Shown here: positions 1 through 8,381 of the stretch, piece by piece
How positions within the stretch are numbered: the stretch's first letter is position 1
Layout of the letters: every line of letters begins with the position of its first letter
From: Planctomycetota bacterium
GTDB lineage: Bacteria > Planctomycetota > Planctomycetia > Pirellulales > Thermoguttaceae
Direction of reading: 5' to 3'
Assembly (NCBI GenBank): GCA_021784975.1
Contig: JAJYGU010000390.1
Coordinates: forward strand, 1 to 50,750
DNA length: 50,750 bases
The notes under the pieces: model-generated
The model's input: the letters and a program-made list of their open reading frames with translations, nothing else
Database searches by the model: none
Told to the model about the DNA's origin: nothing
Program-made: the position numbers and the translations under genes

Positions 1-186
1 CTGGCGCTGGAAAGCAAACCTGACTGCCCCGCCGAGGTCCACAACCACTTCGGGCTGGCCCTGGCGGCGCGCGGCCGGTTCGATGAAGCGGCAGTCCAGT
101 ACCGGGAAGCCCTTGTCCTGCGACCCCATTTCGTCGAGGCCCGCCAGAACCTTTACCGGGCCTTAGCGGCGACGGCGTTGCAATAG
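1..186 (+). CDS. 3' end of a TPR-repeat protein (5' end outside the window)
   Basis: Frame 1 is open from base 1 to TAG at 184-186. The translation ...HFGLALAARGRFDEAAVQYREALVLRPHFVEARQNLYRAL has TPR-like spacing. Confidence 0.45.
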   Translation: MALESKPDCPAEVHNHFGLALAARGRFDEAAVQYREALVLRPHFVEARQNLYRALAATALQ

Positions 187-406
187 GAGTGAGGCCCGTG
201 GCGGCTAGGACTTAGGGCAGTGGATTTGGGGACTGTAGGGATTTTGAGGATTTGGAGATTACGGCGTTTCCTTGCTTCCTGAATCCCTACGTTCCCTAAG
301 TCACCCATCCTAATTTTCCTTTTGCACTTTTCGTTTCGCATTTTGCATTTCCTAGGTCCAAGCTGATCTGGTCCGTGCGGGGGCTTCTTGGTACGATTTG
401 CCCCCC

Positions 407-1699
407 ATGAACCGATATGCCCCCCTTCTATCGTTGCTGGTCGGGTTGTCGAGTTGTTCGGCGGTTTTGGCGCAGGTTGCCTCAAGCGTGCCGCCCGCGC
501 CGGTCGCTTCGGGATCCGCGTCGGTAGGCGCGGCCGCAGGAGGACCGGCCAGTCCGCCACCGCCTGCGCCGCAAGCGGATCCGACCGCTACCTCGTCGCC
601 ACCTTCACCCGGAACAACCCCACCGCCGCCCAACCAGCCGGCCGCCCAGCCCGCACCTTACATGCCGCCGCCCGCGGTCAACCCGCCGCTGGCTCAGCCG
701 GCGCCCTATCTGCCGCCGCCGGAAGAGCCGGTCTATCCACCGCAGGTATTTCGGTGGGGGTCCCCGAGCCCGGGTCTGAGTCTGGTGCCGGGCAGCGACC
801 ATCCCCGCTGGGACGTCAGCGTCGACGCCTTGTGGCTGGAGCGCGACGCGGGCACGAGCATTCCTCTGGGCTTCACCAGCTACAACTACGGCTCACACGC
901 GATGCAGGCCATCGGGACCGATAGCCTGTGGAGCGACGACGTTTACTTCCCGTTGGCAGCCGGCCTGCGGCTGCAGGTGATTTGCCGGACCAGCGATGAG
1001 ACCGCCATCGAGGTCACCGGCTGGGGGCTGCAGCAATGGTCGGTGGGCCGAAGCATCTACGGCGATCCGCTGGGAGAGTCGGTGCTGGCGCACTCGCCTT
1101 GGCTGGCAATGTCGTCCTTGATCGGCGGCTTCGACAACGAGCTGGGCTACACCTACAACAGCCAGGTAGCCAACGTCGAAATCAATCAGCGGCGGAAGCT
1201 GTATTCATTCGATCCCTACCGGGCGTTCTCCTGGCTGTGGGGCTTCCGCTACTTTTCGCTGACGGATGACTTCGGTCTCTCCGGTTCCGACCTGTATACC
1301 GGCAATTATGAATCGCTCGATTGGCGGACCAGCAACAACTTGATCGGCATGCAGATCGGGTTGCAATGGGCTTGGGGCTGGGACCGCTTTCAATTGAGCA
1401 CCGAGGTCAAGGGAGGGCTGTTCGCCAATGCCTACTCGCAGCACGGCATCGATTCCGGCAGCCCGCTGGCCGGCTTCCAACCTTTCGACATCTCGCACGG
1501 CGGCACCGATCTGGCCGGGTTAATCGAGCTGTCGCTCACGGCCCGGTATCGCATCGCCCCCAATGTCTGGGTCCGCGGTGGTTACCAGTTTTACGGCCTG
1601 AGCGGGCTGGCGCTCGGCCCGCGGCAACTGGGCGGCTACGACGACAGCGGCAGCGTCGGCCTGGACGGGCTGTCGGTGGGCATGGAATGGACGCACTGA
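407..1699 (+). CDS. Secreted outer-membrane beta-barrel protein (BBP7-like) with a Pro-rich N-terminal linker
   Basis: ATG at 407 (the ORF track starts at TTG 398). Signal peptide MNRYAPLLSLLVGLSSCSAVLAQ, then a P/A-rich tract, then alternating aromatic/Gly beta-strand-like sequence to the C-terminus. The BBP7 assignment is from memory of the planctomycete family and is not verified. Confidence 0.6.
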   Translation: MNRYAPLLSLLVGLSSCSAVLAQVASSVPPAPVASGSASVGAAAGGPASPPPPAPQADPTATSSPPSPGTTPPPPNQPAAQPAPYMPPPAVNPPLAQPAPYLPPPEEPVYPPQVFRWGSPSPGLSLVPGSDHPRWDVSVDALWLERDAGTSIPLGFTSYNYGSHAMQAIGTDSLWSDDVYFPLAAGLRLQVICRTSDETAIEVTGWGLQQWSVGRSIYGDPLGESVLAHSPWLAMSSLIGGFDNELGYTYNSQVANVEINQRRKLYSFDPYRAFSWLWGFRYFSLTDDFGLSGSDLYTGNYESLDWRTSNNLIGMQIGLQWAWGWDRFQLSTEVKGGLFANAYSQHGIDSGSPLAGFQPFDISHGGTDLAGLIELSLTARYRIAPNVWVRGGYQFYGLSGLALGPRQLGGYDDSGSVGLDGLSVGMEWTH

Positions 1700-1753
1700 G
1701 ATCGGCGGTTGGATCCGCCCTTGCGATCGCCATAACCCGCGCAACCCGTCTGT

Positions 1754-1867
1754 AAAGCCGAAAGCCGAAAACGGAAGGCCGAGACATCGCTCCCGGTTTC
1801 GGTTTTCCGCTTTCGGTCCTCCGCCCTCCCCTCTTCCGCGTTCCGCTTTCGGCGTTCCGCTTTCGGC
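1754..1867. repeat. Imperfect inverted plus tandem CCGAAAGC/GCTTTCGG repeats between the porin gene and cpaF (probable terminator/REP-like)
   Basis: aaagccgaaagccgaaaacggaagg (1754-1778) pairs imperfectly with ccggtttcggttttccgctttcgg (1793-1816). A 14-bp unit gttccgctttcggc is tandemly duplicated at 1840-1853 and 1854-1867. Confidence 0.5.
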
Positions 1868-1948
1868 TTTTGCGCCCGGTAAGCTATCCTTTACGGGATC
1901 AATGCGCCGTGGTGGATTTGCGGCGTTTCATCATCTTACTCGACGATC

Positions 1949-3268
1949 ATGGCAAAATTGGCTACACCTTCGCGGCCGGCTGACTCCAAAGAGGGCGACT
2001 TCGAAGACCTCAAGCAGCGGATCCATAGCAAGCTGGTCGACAAGCTCGACCTGTCGCGGGTCGGCGAGCTGGACGGCGACACCCTGCGGCGCGAAATCCG
2101 CATGGTGGTCGAGCACCTCTGCGACACCGAAAACACGCTCCTAAACCGCAGCGAGCGGGAGCGGCTGGTCGGCGAAGTGCTCGACGAAACCTTCGGCCTC
2201 GGCCCGCTGGAGATGCTTCTGAAGGACCCGTCGATCAGCGATATTTTGATCAACGGGCCGAAGAGCGTGTACTGCGAGCGGCGGGGACGGATGGAAAAGA
2301 CCAACGTGGTCTTTCGCGACAACAACCACCTGATGCAGATCATCGACCGGATCATTTCCAAGGTGGGCCGGCGGGTGGACGAGACCTGTCCGATGGTCGA
2401 TGCCCGGATGGCCGACGGCTCGCGTTTCAACGCCATCATTCCGCCGCTGGCCCTGGACGGGGCCTGCGTGTCGATCCGCCGCTTCGGGGCCAATCCGTTG
2501 AAGCTCGAAGACCTGCTGCACTTCAAGGCCTTCACGCCCGAGATGGTGATGCTCTTGGAGGGGGCCATCAAGGCCCGGCTGAACATCCTCATCTCCGGGG
2601 GCACCGGCTCGGGCAAGACCACCCTGCTGAACACGCTTTCCAGCTTCATTCCCAACACCGATCGCATCGTGACCATCGAGGACGCGGCCGAGTTGCAGTT
2701 GCAGCAGGACCACGTGGTCCGCCTTGAGACCCGGCCGCCCAACATCGAAGGCAAGGGGGCCATGACCGCCACCGACCTGGTTCGCAACGCTTTGCGGATG
2801 CGGCCGGAACGGATCATCATCGGCGAGTGCCGCGGGGCGGAGGCCCTGGACATGCTGCAAGCCATGAACACCGGCCACGAAGGCTCGATGACCACCCTGC
2901 ACGCCAACAGCCCGCGGGACGCCGTCGCCCGCCTGGAAACCATGATTATGATGGCCGGCTTCGAGCTTCCCTTGAAGGCCATGCGGACCCAGATCGCCAG
3001 CGCCATCGACTTGATCGTGCAGGCCACCCGGCTGCAAGGCGGCCCACGGAAGATCATCAACATTACCGAGGTGGTGGGCATGGAGCAGGACACGGTGGTG
3101 ATGCAAGACATCTACCGCTTCGACAAGCAGGGGGTCGACGAGACCGGCCGGGCCTACGGCCGCTTCCTGGCCACGGGCGTCCGGCCGGCCTTCATGAGCC
3201 GCCTGGAGGCGTCCGGGGTGCGGCTCCCGTCGAGCGCCTTCCGCGAGCGAATCATGTTGGAGGATTGA
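1949..3268 (+). CDS. cpaF: CpaF/TadA-family type II/IV secretion ATPase (Tad pilus)
   Basis: 439-aa ORF with ATG start. Walker [10 protein letters not shown], Walker B/Asp box VTIEDAAEL, His box [12 protein letters not shown], all typical of the CpaF/VirB11 superfamily. Confidence 0.95.
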   Translation: MAKLATPSRPADSKEGDFEDLKQRIHSKLVDKLDLSRVGELDGDTLRREIRMVVEHLCDTENTLLNRSERERLVGEVLDETFGLGPLEMLLKDPSISDILINGPKSVYCERRGRMEKTNVVFRDNNHLMQIIDRIISKVGRRVDETCPMVDARMADGSRFNAIIPPLALDGACVSIRRFGANPLKLEDLLHFKAFTPEMVMLLEGAIKARLNILISGGTGSGKTTLLNTLSSFIPNTDRIVTIEDAAELQLQQDHVVRLETRPPNIEGKGAMTATDLVRNALRMRPERIIIGECRGAEALDMLQAMNTGHEGSMTTLHANSPRDAVARLETMIMMAGFELPLKAMRTQIASAIDLIVQATRLQGGPRKIINITEVVGMEQDTVVMQDIYRFDKQGVDETGRAYGRFLATGVRPAFMSRLEASGVRLPSSAFRERIMLED

Positions 3269-3271
3269 GCG

Positions 3272-4237
3272 GTGACTCCCCTGCTGATCGGACTGATGGT
3301 GTTCGTGGGGGTGGCCGCCCTGGTGGGCGCGGTGAGTCTCTTCCTCCGCGATAAGCCCGCCAGCCGGATCGAGAACCGGCTCGACCTGTTGACCGGCACC
3401 AACGTCTCCGCCGCCAAGGAGGCCCTAAGTAAGGAGACCAGCATCCTCTCCCAGCCGTTGGACGACGGTGTGGGCATGTTCCAGAGTTTTCTGGAGCGGT
3501 TCAACGTCGCCCTGCTGTTTGAACAGGCCGACGCCAATTTGAACGTGGGGAAGTTCCTGGCCGTCTCGGCGGTGCTGGGCGGGCTGGGGATCGCCCTGGC
3601 AGTGATCATTCACATCCACCCCGCCCTGCTGCCGCTGGTGGGCGTGGGCATGGGCTCGTTGCCGCTTTTCTGGATCCTGTTTCGCCGCAAGCGGCGGATC
3701 AAGGCCTTCGCCGCCCAGCTTCCCGACGCCCTGGAGATGTTGGCCCGCGGCTTGCGTTCCGGGCAGAGCCTGGCCTTCGGGTTCAATATGGTGTCCCATG
3801 AGATGCCGGCGCCGATCGGCAGGGAGTTCGGCCGGGTGTTCGAGGAGCAAAACCTCGGTCTTGCCATGGACGAAAGCCTCAAGGCCATGACCAATCGCAT
3901 CCCCAACCTGGACTTGAAGTTTTTTGTCACCGCGGTGATTCTGCAGCGTCAGACCGGCGGCGACTTGGCCGAGATCCTCGACAAGATCGGCAACCTGATC
4001 CGCGATCGCTTCCGGATCTGGGGGCAAGTGCAGGCGTTAACCGGCGAAGGCCGGCTCTCGGGCGTGGTCCTGCTGGCCCTGCCTTTTGTGCTCTTCCTGG
4101 CCGTCTACCAGTTGAATCACGACTACCTCATGACGCTGTTCACCGATCCGCTGGGCACCAAGATGCTGGCGGTGGCGGTGGCCATGCAAATCCTCGGGGC
4201 TCTGGTGATCCGACATATCGTCAATATCAAGGTGTAA
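3272..4237 (+). CDS. tadB: Type II secretion system F-family inner-membrane protein (TadB-like)
   Basis: GTG start 3 nt after the cpaF stop, preceded by GGAGGA. N- and C-terminal TM segments flank a GspF/T2SSF-like cytoplasmic domain (LPDALEMLARGLRSGQSL). Confidence 0.85.
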   Translation: MTPLLIGLMVFVGVAALVGAVSLFLRDKPASRIENRLDLLTGTNVSAAKEALSKETSILSQPLDDGVGMFQSFLERFNVALLFEQADANLNVGKFLAVSAVLGGLGIALAVIIHIHPALLPLVGVGMGSLPLFWILFRRKRRIKAFAAQLPDALEMLARGLRSGQSLAFGFNMVSHEMPAPIGREFGRVFEEQNLGLAMDESLKAMTNRIPNLDLKFFVTAVILQRQTGGDLAEILDKIGNLIRDRFRIWGQVQALTGEGRLSGVVLLALPFVLFLAVYQLNHDYLMTLFTDPLGTKMLAVAVAMQILGALVIRHIVNIKV

Positions 4238-4241
4238 TGCC

Positions 4242-5213
4242 GTGCTGCTGGCCGCTGGTCTGGTGAATTTCGAGTCGCTGATTCCGCTGGCGATGTTCGG
4301 CATGGTGGCGGCGCTGGCCTGGTGGGCACTGGAGATGCTGGCCGCCGGGAAGAACCGGACGGCCGAACGGCTCGACGAGCTCAAGTCGCCGCGGAAACGC
4401 CGCGAGGCCCTGGAAAGCGCGCTGAAGAAGCCCGACCCCTTCGTGCAGATCCTTGAGAAGGCCACCCCCGCCTTGGCCAAGCCGCTGCAGCCCACCAATG
4501 AAGCCGAACTGAGCAAGCTCCGCCTGCGGCTCTCGGCCGCCGGCTTCCGCGGGGAAACCGCCGGCAGCATCTACCTCGGCCTGAAGTTCGCCGGCCTGGT
4601 GGGCGGTTTCCTGCTGGGCGGCGGGACGCTGGCCACCCTCCGCGGGGCCAGCCTGCATACCTTGGAGATGACCGTCGGTCTGGCGGCGATCTTCTTTTAT
4701 CTGCCGGCCTTTGTGGTCGACTTTCTGGGCAGCCGCCGCAAACAGGCCATCTTCCTGGCCCTGCCCGACGCCCTGGATCTGATGGTGGTCTGCGTGGAGG
4801 CCGGTCTGGGGCTGGACCAGGCGATGCGCCGGGTGGCCGAGGAGATGAAACGCACCTACCGGGTGCTGGCCGGCGAGTTCGCCCTGAGCAACTTCCAATT
4901 GCAGATGGGGCGGCCGCGGGCGGAAGTGCTGCACGAGCTGGGCGCGCGGACCGGCGTGTCCGATCTCCGCGCCTTGGCGGCCGTGCTCATTCAGGCCGAC
5001 AAGTTCGGCGGCAGCGTGGCCCAGGCCCTCCGCACCCAGAGCGACTCGATGCGGATCCGCCGCCGCCAGTTGGCCGAGGAGAAAGCCGCCAAGACGGCGG
5101 TGAAACTCATCTTCCCGCTGGTGCTGTTCATTTTTCCGGGCATCTTCGTGGTGCTGGTCGGCCCGGCCGCCATCACCATGGTGCGGCAGATGTTCCCCTT
5201 AATGGGCGGGTAG
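4242..5213 (+). CDS. tadC: Type II secretion system F-family inner-membrane protein (TadC-like)
   Basis: GTG start 4 nt after the tadB stop. T2SSF motif LPDALDLMVVCVEAGLGLDQA with flanking TM helices. Confidence 0.85.
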   Translation: MLLAAGLVNFESLIPLAMFGMVAALAWWALEMLAAGKNRTAERLDELKSPRKRREALESALKKPDPFVQILEKATPALAKPLQPTNEAELSKLRLRLSAAGFRGETAGSIYLGLKFAGLVGGFLLGGGTLATLRGASLHTLEMTVGLAAIFFYLPAFVVDFLGSRRKQAIFLALPDALDLMVVCVEAGLGLDQAMRRVAEEMKRTYRVLAGEFALSNFQLQMGRPRAEVLHELGARTGVSDLRALAAVLIQADKFGGSVAQALRTQSDSMRIRRRQLAEEKAAKTAVKLIFPLVLFIFPGIFVVLVGPAAITMVRQMFPLMGG

Positions 5214-5333
5214 CTCGGTTGATCGGGGGCGCCGCCCCGCGGCCCCGCACGGAATTGGGATATGTGGCTGTCGGGTCAGGTGGTATCATCCAACTCGGGC
5301 AGGAATCAGGAAAGGATCGGAGGAGGACTTGCG

Positions 5334-5768
5334 ATGAAAACGAAAACAGCCCTATTGGTGACTGCGGCGCTGGCGCTGTCAGCGGTACCCTGGTCGTCGG
5401 CCCAGGCCGGAATAGGGATTGGCATCGGCATCGGACTGCCCGTGTACGCGCCGCCTCCCGTGTATTACTATCCGCCGCCGTATTACTATCGGCCTTATTA
5501 TGCCCGTCCCTATGCGTACCCCTACTCTTACCGCTACCCTTACCGAGTCTACGTAGCACCCGCTCCCGTGTATAGTGCGCCGGCGCCGGCCTACGTGGCG
5601 CCGACGCCGGTTTATACGCCGCCCGCACCGGCCCCGCAGCCATCTTATTACGGCACGGCGTCGGCCCCCCGTACGTTCGCGCCTACGCCACCCGCCCCGG
5701 TGCCCGCAGCCAATGTGCCCGCTCCGAGTCTGCCGCCGCCGACAAGCTCCGGGCCCGCGATGCAATAA
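5334..5768 (+). CDS. Secreted low-complexity Pro/Tyr-rich protein
   Basis: ATG at 5334 after GGAGGAGGA. Signal peptide MKTKTALLVTAALALSAVPWSSAQA, then GIGIGIGIG, then the run PPPVYYYPPPYYYRPYYARPYAYPYSYRYPY. Confidence 0.6.
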   Translation: MKTKTALLVTAALALSAVPWSSAQAGIGIGIGIGLPVYAPPPVYYYPPPYYYRPYYARPYAYPYSYRYPYRVYVAPAPVYSAPAPAYVAPTPVYTPPAPAPQPSYYGTASAPRTFAPTPPAPVPAANVPAPSLPPPTSSGPAMQ

Positions 5769-5771
5769 CCG

Positions 5772-6785
5772 TCAATCCCTGGGAGCCGGCTCGCGGATGA
5801 AGCGGCATTGCGGTTGGGCGCCCTTCTGGCCGGACATCACCAGCGTCTCCACCAACAACCGTTGGCGGTTCTTGCCCTTGGGCGGACGAATGTTGTCACC
5901 CTTCTGCATGATAGGGTCCAACTGGGTGATCCCGCCGAATTGGCGGGCCGAGCCCTTGGAACCGATCGACTGGCAGGGGAACCAGTGTCCCTGTCCTTGT
6001 CCGTCCACCAAATAAAACTCGGGATAGACGTGGCCATACACCCAGACGGTGCGGGCGGGGATTTCGGCCGCCCGACAAATGGCGACAAACAAAGAAGTAA
6101 ACCCTTCGCAGTCGCCATGGCCGCTGCGAAGCACGTCGAGGGCCCCGATGGCCGGGCGGCCTGTGGCCTGGGCCGCCGCGATTTCCGCCCTACTCTTGTG
6201 CTGGTAGCCCATGTGCCCGCGGACCCAATCGTAGATGGCTTCCACCCGTTGCCAGGCCTTCTTTTTGTCGGCGCCGATCCGTTTGGCCAGCTCGCGGATT
6301 TTCGGGTCGCGACATTCGATCTTCGGACTGGGCGACAGGTAGCGTTTGACGTTCGCCGGGACCTTTTTGGGATCGGGAAGTACATAGGCGTCGGTGTTCT
6401 CCGGGGGGAGGATTTCCGTGCGGCGGACCTCGAAGGTGACCAGTGCCTTGGCCTCGGCGTTGGCCGGAAGCTGGGCGATGCTGACCATCATGATCTTCAC
6501 GCCGCCATCGACCGTCTCGTAGCGGAGCCGCGCCCCCGGCGACACCTCTTCCTTGAGGACCTGCACTTGCTGCTCGGGCCACTCGGCGGGGACCGGGACA
6601 TAGCCGACAATGCCTTTGCAGGGCCCGCCCGTGGACCGGATCATCATGCCAATCCGCCATCGCGAGACCTGCGACTTGCCGGTAACCTGCGGGCCGCCCG
6701 GCTCGCCGTCCTTGAATTGGGCCGCAGCCGAGGCGGCCACGCCCAGCAGCAAAGCAACTACTAAGGGACTATTGGGTACGCGCAT
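5772..6785 (-). CDS. Transglutaminase-like (papain-fold) domain protein, secreted
   Basis: ATG at 6785 gives the signal peptide MRVPNSPLVVALLLGVAASAAAQ. The transglutaminase-core Cys motif is GHGDCEGFTSLFVAICRAAEIPARTVW, followed by H..E/D. Confidence 0.8.
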   Translation of the reverse strand: MRVPNSPLVVALLLGVAASAAAQFKDGEPGGPQVTGKSQVSRWRIGMMIRSTGGPCKGIVGYVPVPAEWPEQQVQVLKEEVSPGARLRYETVDGGVKIMMVSIAQLPANAEAKALVTFEVRRTEILPPENTDAYVLPDPKKVPANVKRYLSPSPKIECRDPKIRELAKRIGADKKKAWQRVEAIYDWVRGHMGYQHKSRAEIAAAQATGRPAIGALDVLRSGHGDCEGFTSLFVAICRAAEIPARTVWVYGHVYPEFYLVDGQGQGHWFPCQSIGSKGSARQFGGITQLDPIMQKGDNIRPPKGKNRQRLLVETLVMSGQKGAQPQCRFIREPAPRD

Positions 6786-7158
6786 CAAAGCACCTCTCAA
6801 CACCTGGGACCTCTTTCTTCCTTTATTCTAATTCGAGATTTGCCGACTGCGGCCACCGCACCCATCTTACTGGTGGATGCCTGGCTCGGAGTATTCACCA
6901 CGGAGGAGGCCGAGGACGCAAGCGGGGATTTGCGACAAGAAATTGACTATTCCAAGCGGCGCAGGGCGTTTCGTTGCATGTTGGGAATCTCTGTTTTCCT
7001 CTGCGTCTCTTACGTCCTCCGCGGTTCCAGAATGATCTGGTCTGGGGCATACCACGATTGGTGATTCGCCCTCCGCCTTTCCTATCGCACCCCACGATTG
7101 GGGAATCGCCTCATTGCGGCCAATGCGTTATAGTGCTCGCGGGAGAAAATGAATGATC

Positions 7159-7249
7159 GTAACCCGAAGCGTAAGCGAGGGTCGTGAGTTGTTGCCTCGC
7201 TTACGCTTCGGGTTACGTGAGTTGTCCCCTCGCTTACGCTTCGGGTTAC
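7159..7249. repeat. 22-bp hairpin arm present three times (one inverted pair plus one direct copy)
   Basis: gtaacccgaagcgtaagcgagg (7159-7180) is the exact reverse complement of cctcgcttacgcttcgggttac. That sequence occurs at 7195-7216 and again at 7228-7249, each time preceded by gtgagttgt. Confidence 0.8.
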
Positions 7250-7328
7250 GATGTCCGTCGCGGCAAAAGTCCCATTTTCGCCCGCGAATAGCATAGTTGG
7301 AAGAAGTTGGAGGAAAGGAGGAGTTATC

Positions 7329-8330
7329 ATGCCCAAACCACGACCTGACCGGCAGCAGATTCTGGAGATGATGAACGGATTCCGCTCAGCGTGCGTGATA
7401 GGAGCCGCCGCGGAATTGGATGTCTGGAGCGTATTGAGCGAGTGCCCGCGAACCGCCGAGGCGTTGGCCAAGATACTGCATTGCGACCTGCGGGCGCTGA
7501 CCATGCTGTTGGACGCCGTGGTCGCGCTGGACCTGCTCGAGAAAGAGGACGGGCGCTATCGGGTTGCGCCTGAGCTGCAGGATTGGTTGGCGGCTGGCGG
7601 ACAGCAAACACTGCTGCCGATGCTGTTGCACGCCGGCAATATCCTGCGGGGCTGGTCGCAGTTGGCGTGGACCGTCAAGGGCGGTGTCTCCCCGCCGCGG
7701 CCGGCGAGCATTCGCGGGGCTGCCGCCGATCGCGAGAGCTTCATCGCCGCCATGCACGCCATCTCCGGCCCGATGGCCGACGGCCTGGTCGCCCAACTCC
7801 AACCGTTGCACTTTCGCCACTTGCTCGACGTGGGCGGGGCGTCGGGCACGTGGACCTTGGCGCTGCTGCGTGCAGTCCCCAACGCCACGGCCACCATCTT
7901 CGATTTGCCCGATGCCATCGAGCAGGCCCAACAGCGACTAAGCGAAAGCCCGCTGGCGGGCCGGGTGAGCCTCGCGGCCGGCAATTTCTATGTCGACGAC
8001 TTGCCCCGAGGCGCCGACTTCGCCTGGGTAAGCGCCATCTGTCATCAGCACTCGCGGCAGCATAACCGGGAACTGTTTGGCAAAGTGTTTGCGGCATTGG
8101 CACCGGGCGGACGGATCGCCCTCCGCGACGTGGTCATGGAGCCCGACCGCACCCGCCCCCGCGACGGCGCCCTGTTCGCCATCAACATGCTGGTCAACAC
8201 CGAAAGCGGCGGCACCTTCACCTTCCCCGAATACGCCGAGGATCTGCAAGCAGCCGGATTCGAGAAACCGGTGCTGGCGGTCAAACATGACGCGATGAAC
8301 TCGGTGGTCATGGCTTCGAAGCCGGGGTGA
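7329..8330 (+). CDS. Class I SAM-dependent O-methyltransferase (Methyltransf_2-like with N-terminal dimerisation/wHTH domain)
   Basis: ATG at 7329 after GGAGGAAAGGAGGAG. SAM motif I LLDVGGASGTWTLALL, then the acidic residue in IFDLP. Confidence 0.85.
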   Translation: MPKPRPDRQQILEMMNGFRSACVIGAAAELDVWSVLSECPRTAEALAKILHCDLRALTMLLDAVVALDLLEKEDGRYRVAPELQDWLAAGGQQTLLPMLLHAGNILRGWSQLAWTVKGGVSPPRPASIRGAAADRESFIAAMHAISGPMADGLVAQLQPLHFRHLLDVGGASGTWTLALLRAVPNATATIFDLPDAIEQAQQRLSESPLAGRVSLAAGNFYVDDLPRGADFAWVSAICHQHSRQHNRELFGKVFAALAPGGRIALRDVVMEPDRTRPRDGALFAINMLVNTESGGTFTFPEYAEDLQAAGFEKPVLAVKHDAMNSVVMASKPG

Positions 8331-8381
8331 TAGGCGGTCATCCTAAGCGCAGCGAAGGATCTAGCCCCGCATCCGACGAGG

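Noticed and set aside
1936-3111. Long antisense or overlapping ORFs opposite well-supported genes (1936-3111 minus, 8712-10601 plus, 10998-12278 minus, 20721-22769 plus, 25450-27213 minus, 36007-36867 plus, 37112-38269 plus, 40370-42481 plus, and similar).
   Set aside because: Their translations are Arg/Gly/Pro/Ala-rich low-information sequence, typical of shadow ORFs in high-GC DNA. In each case the opposite or alternative frame carries clear family motifs.
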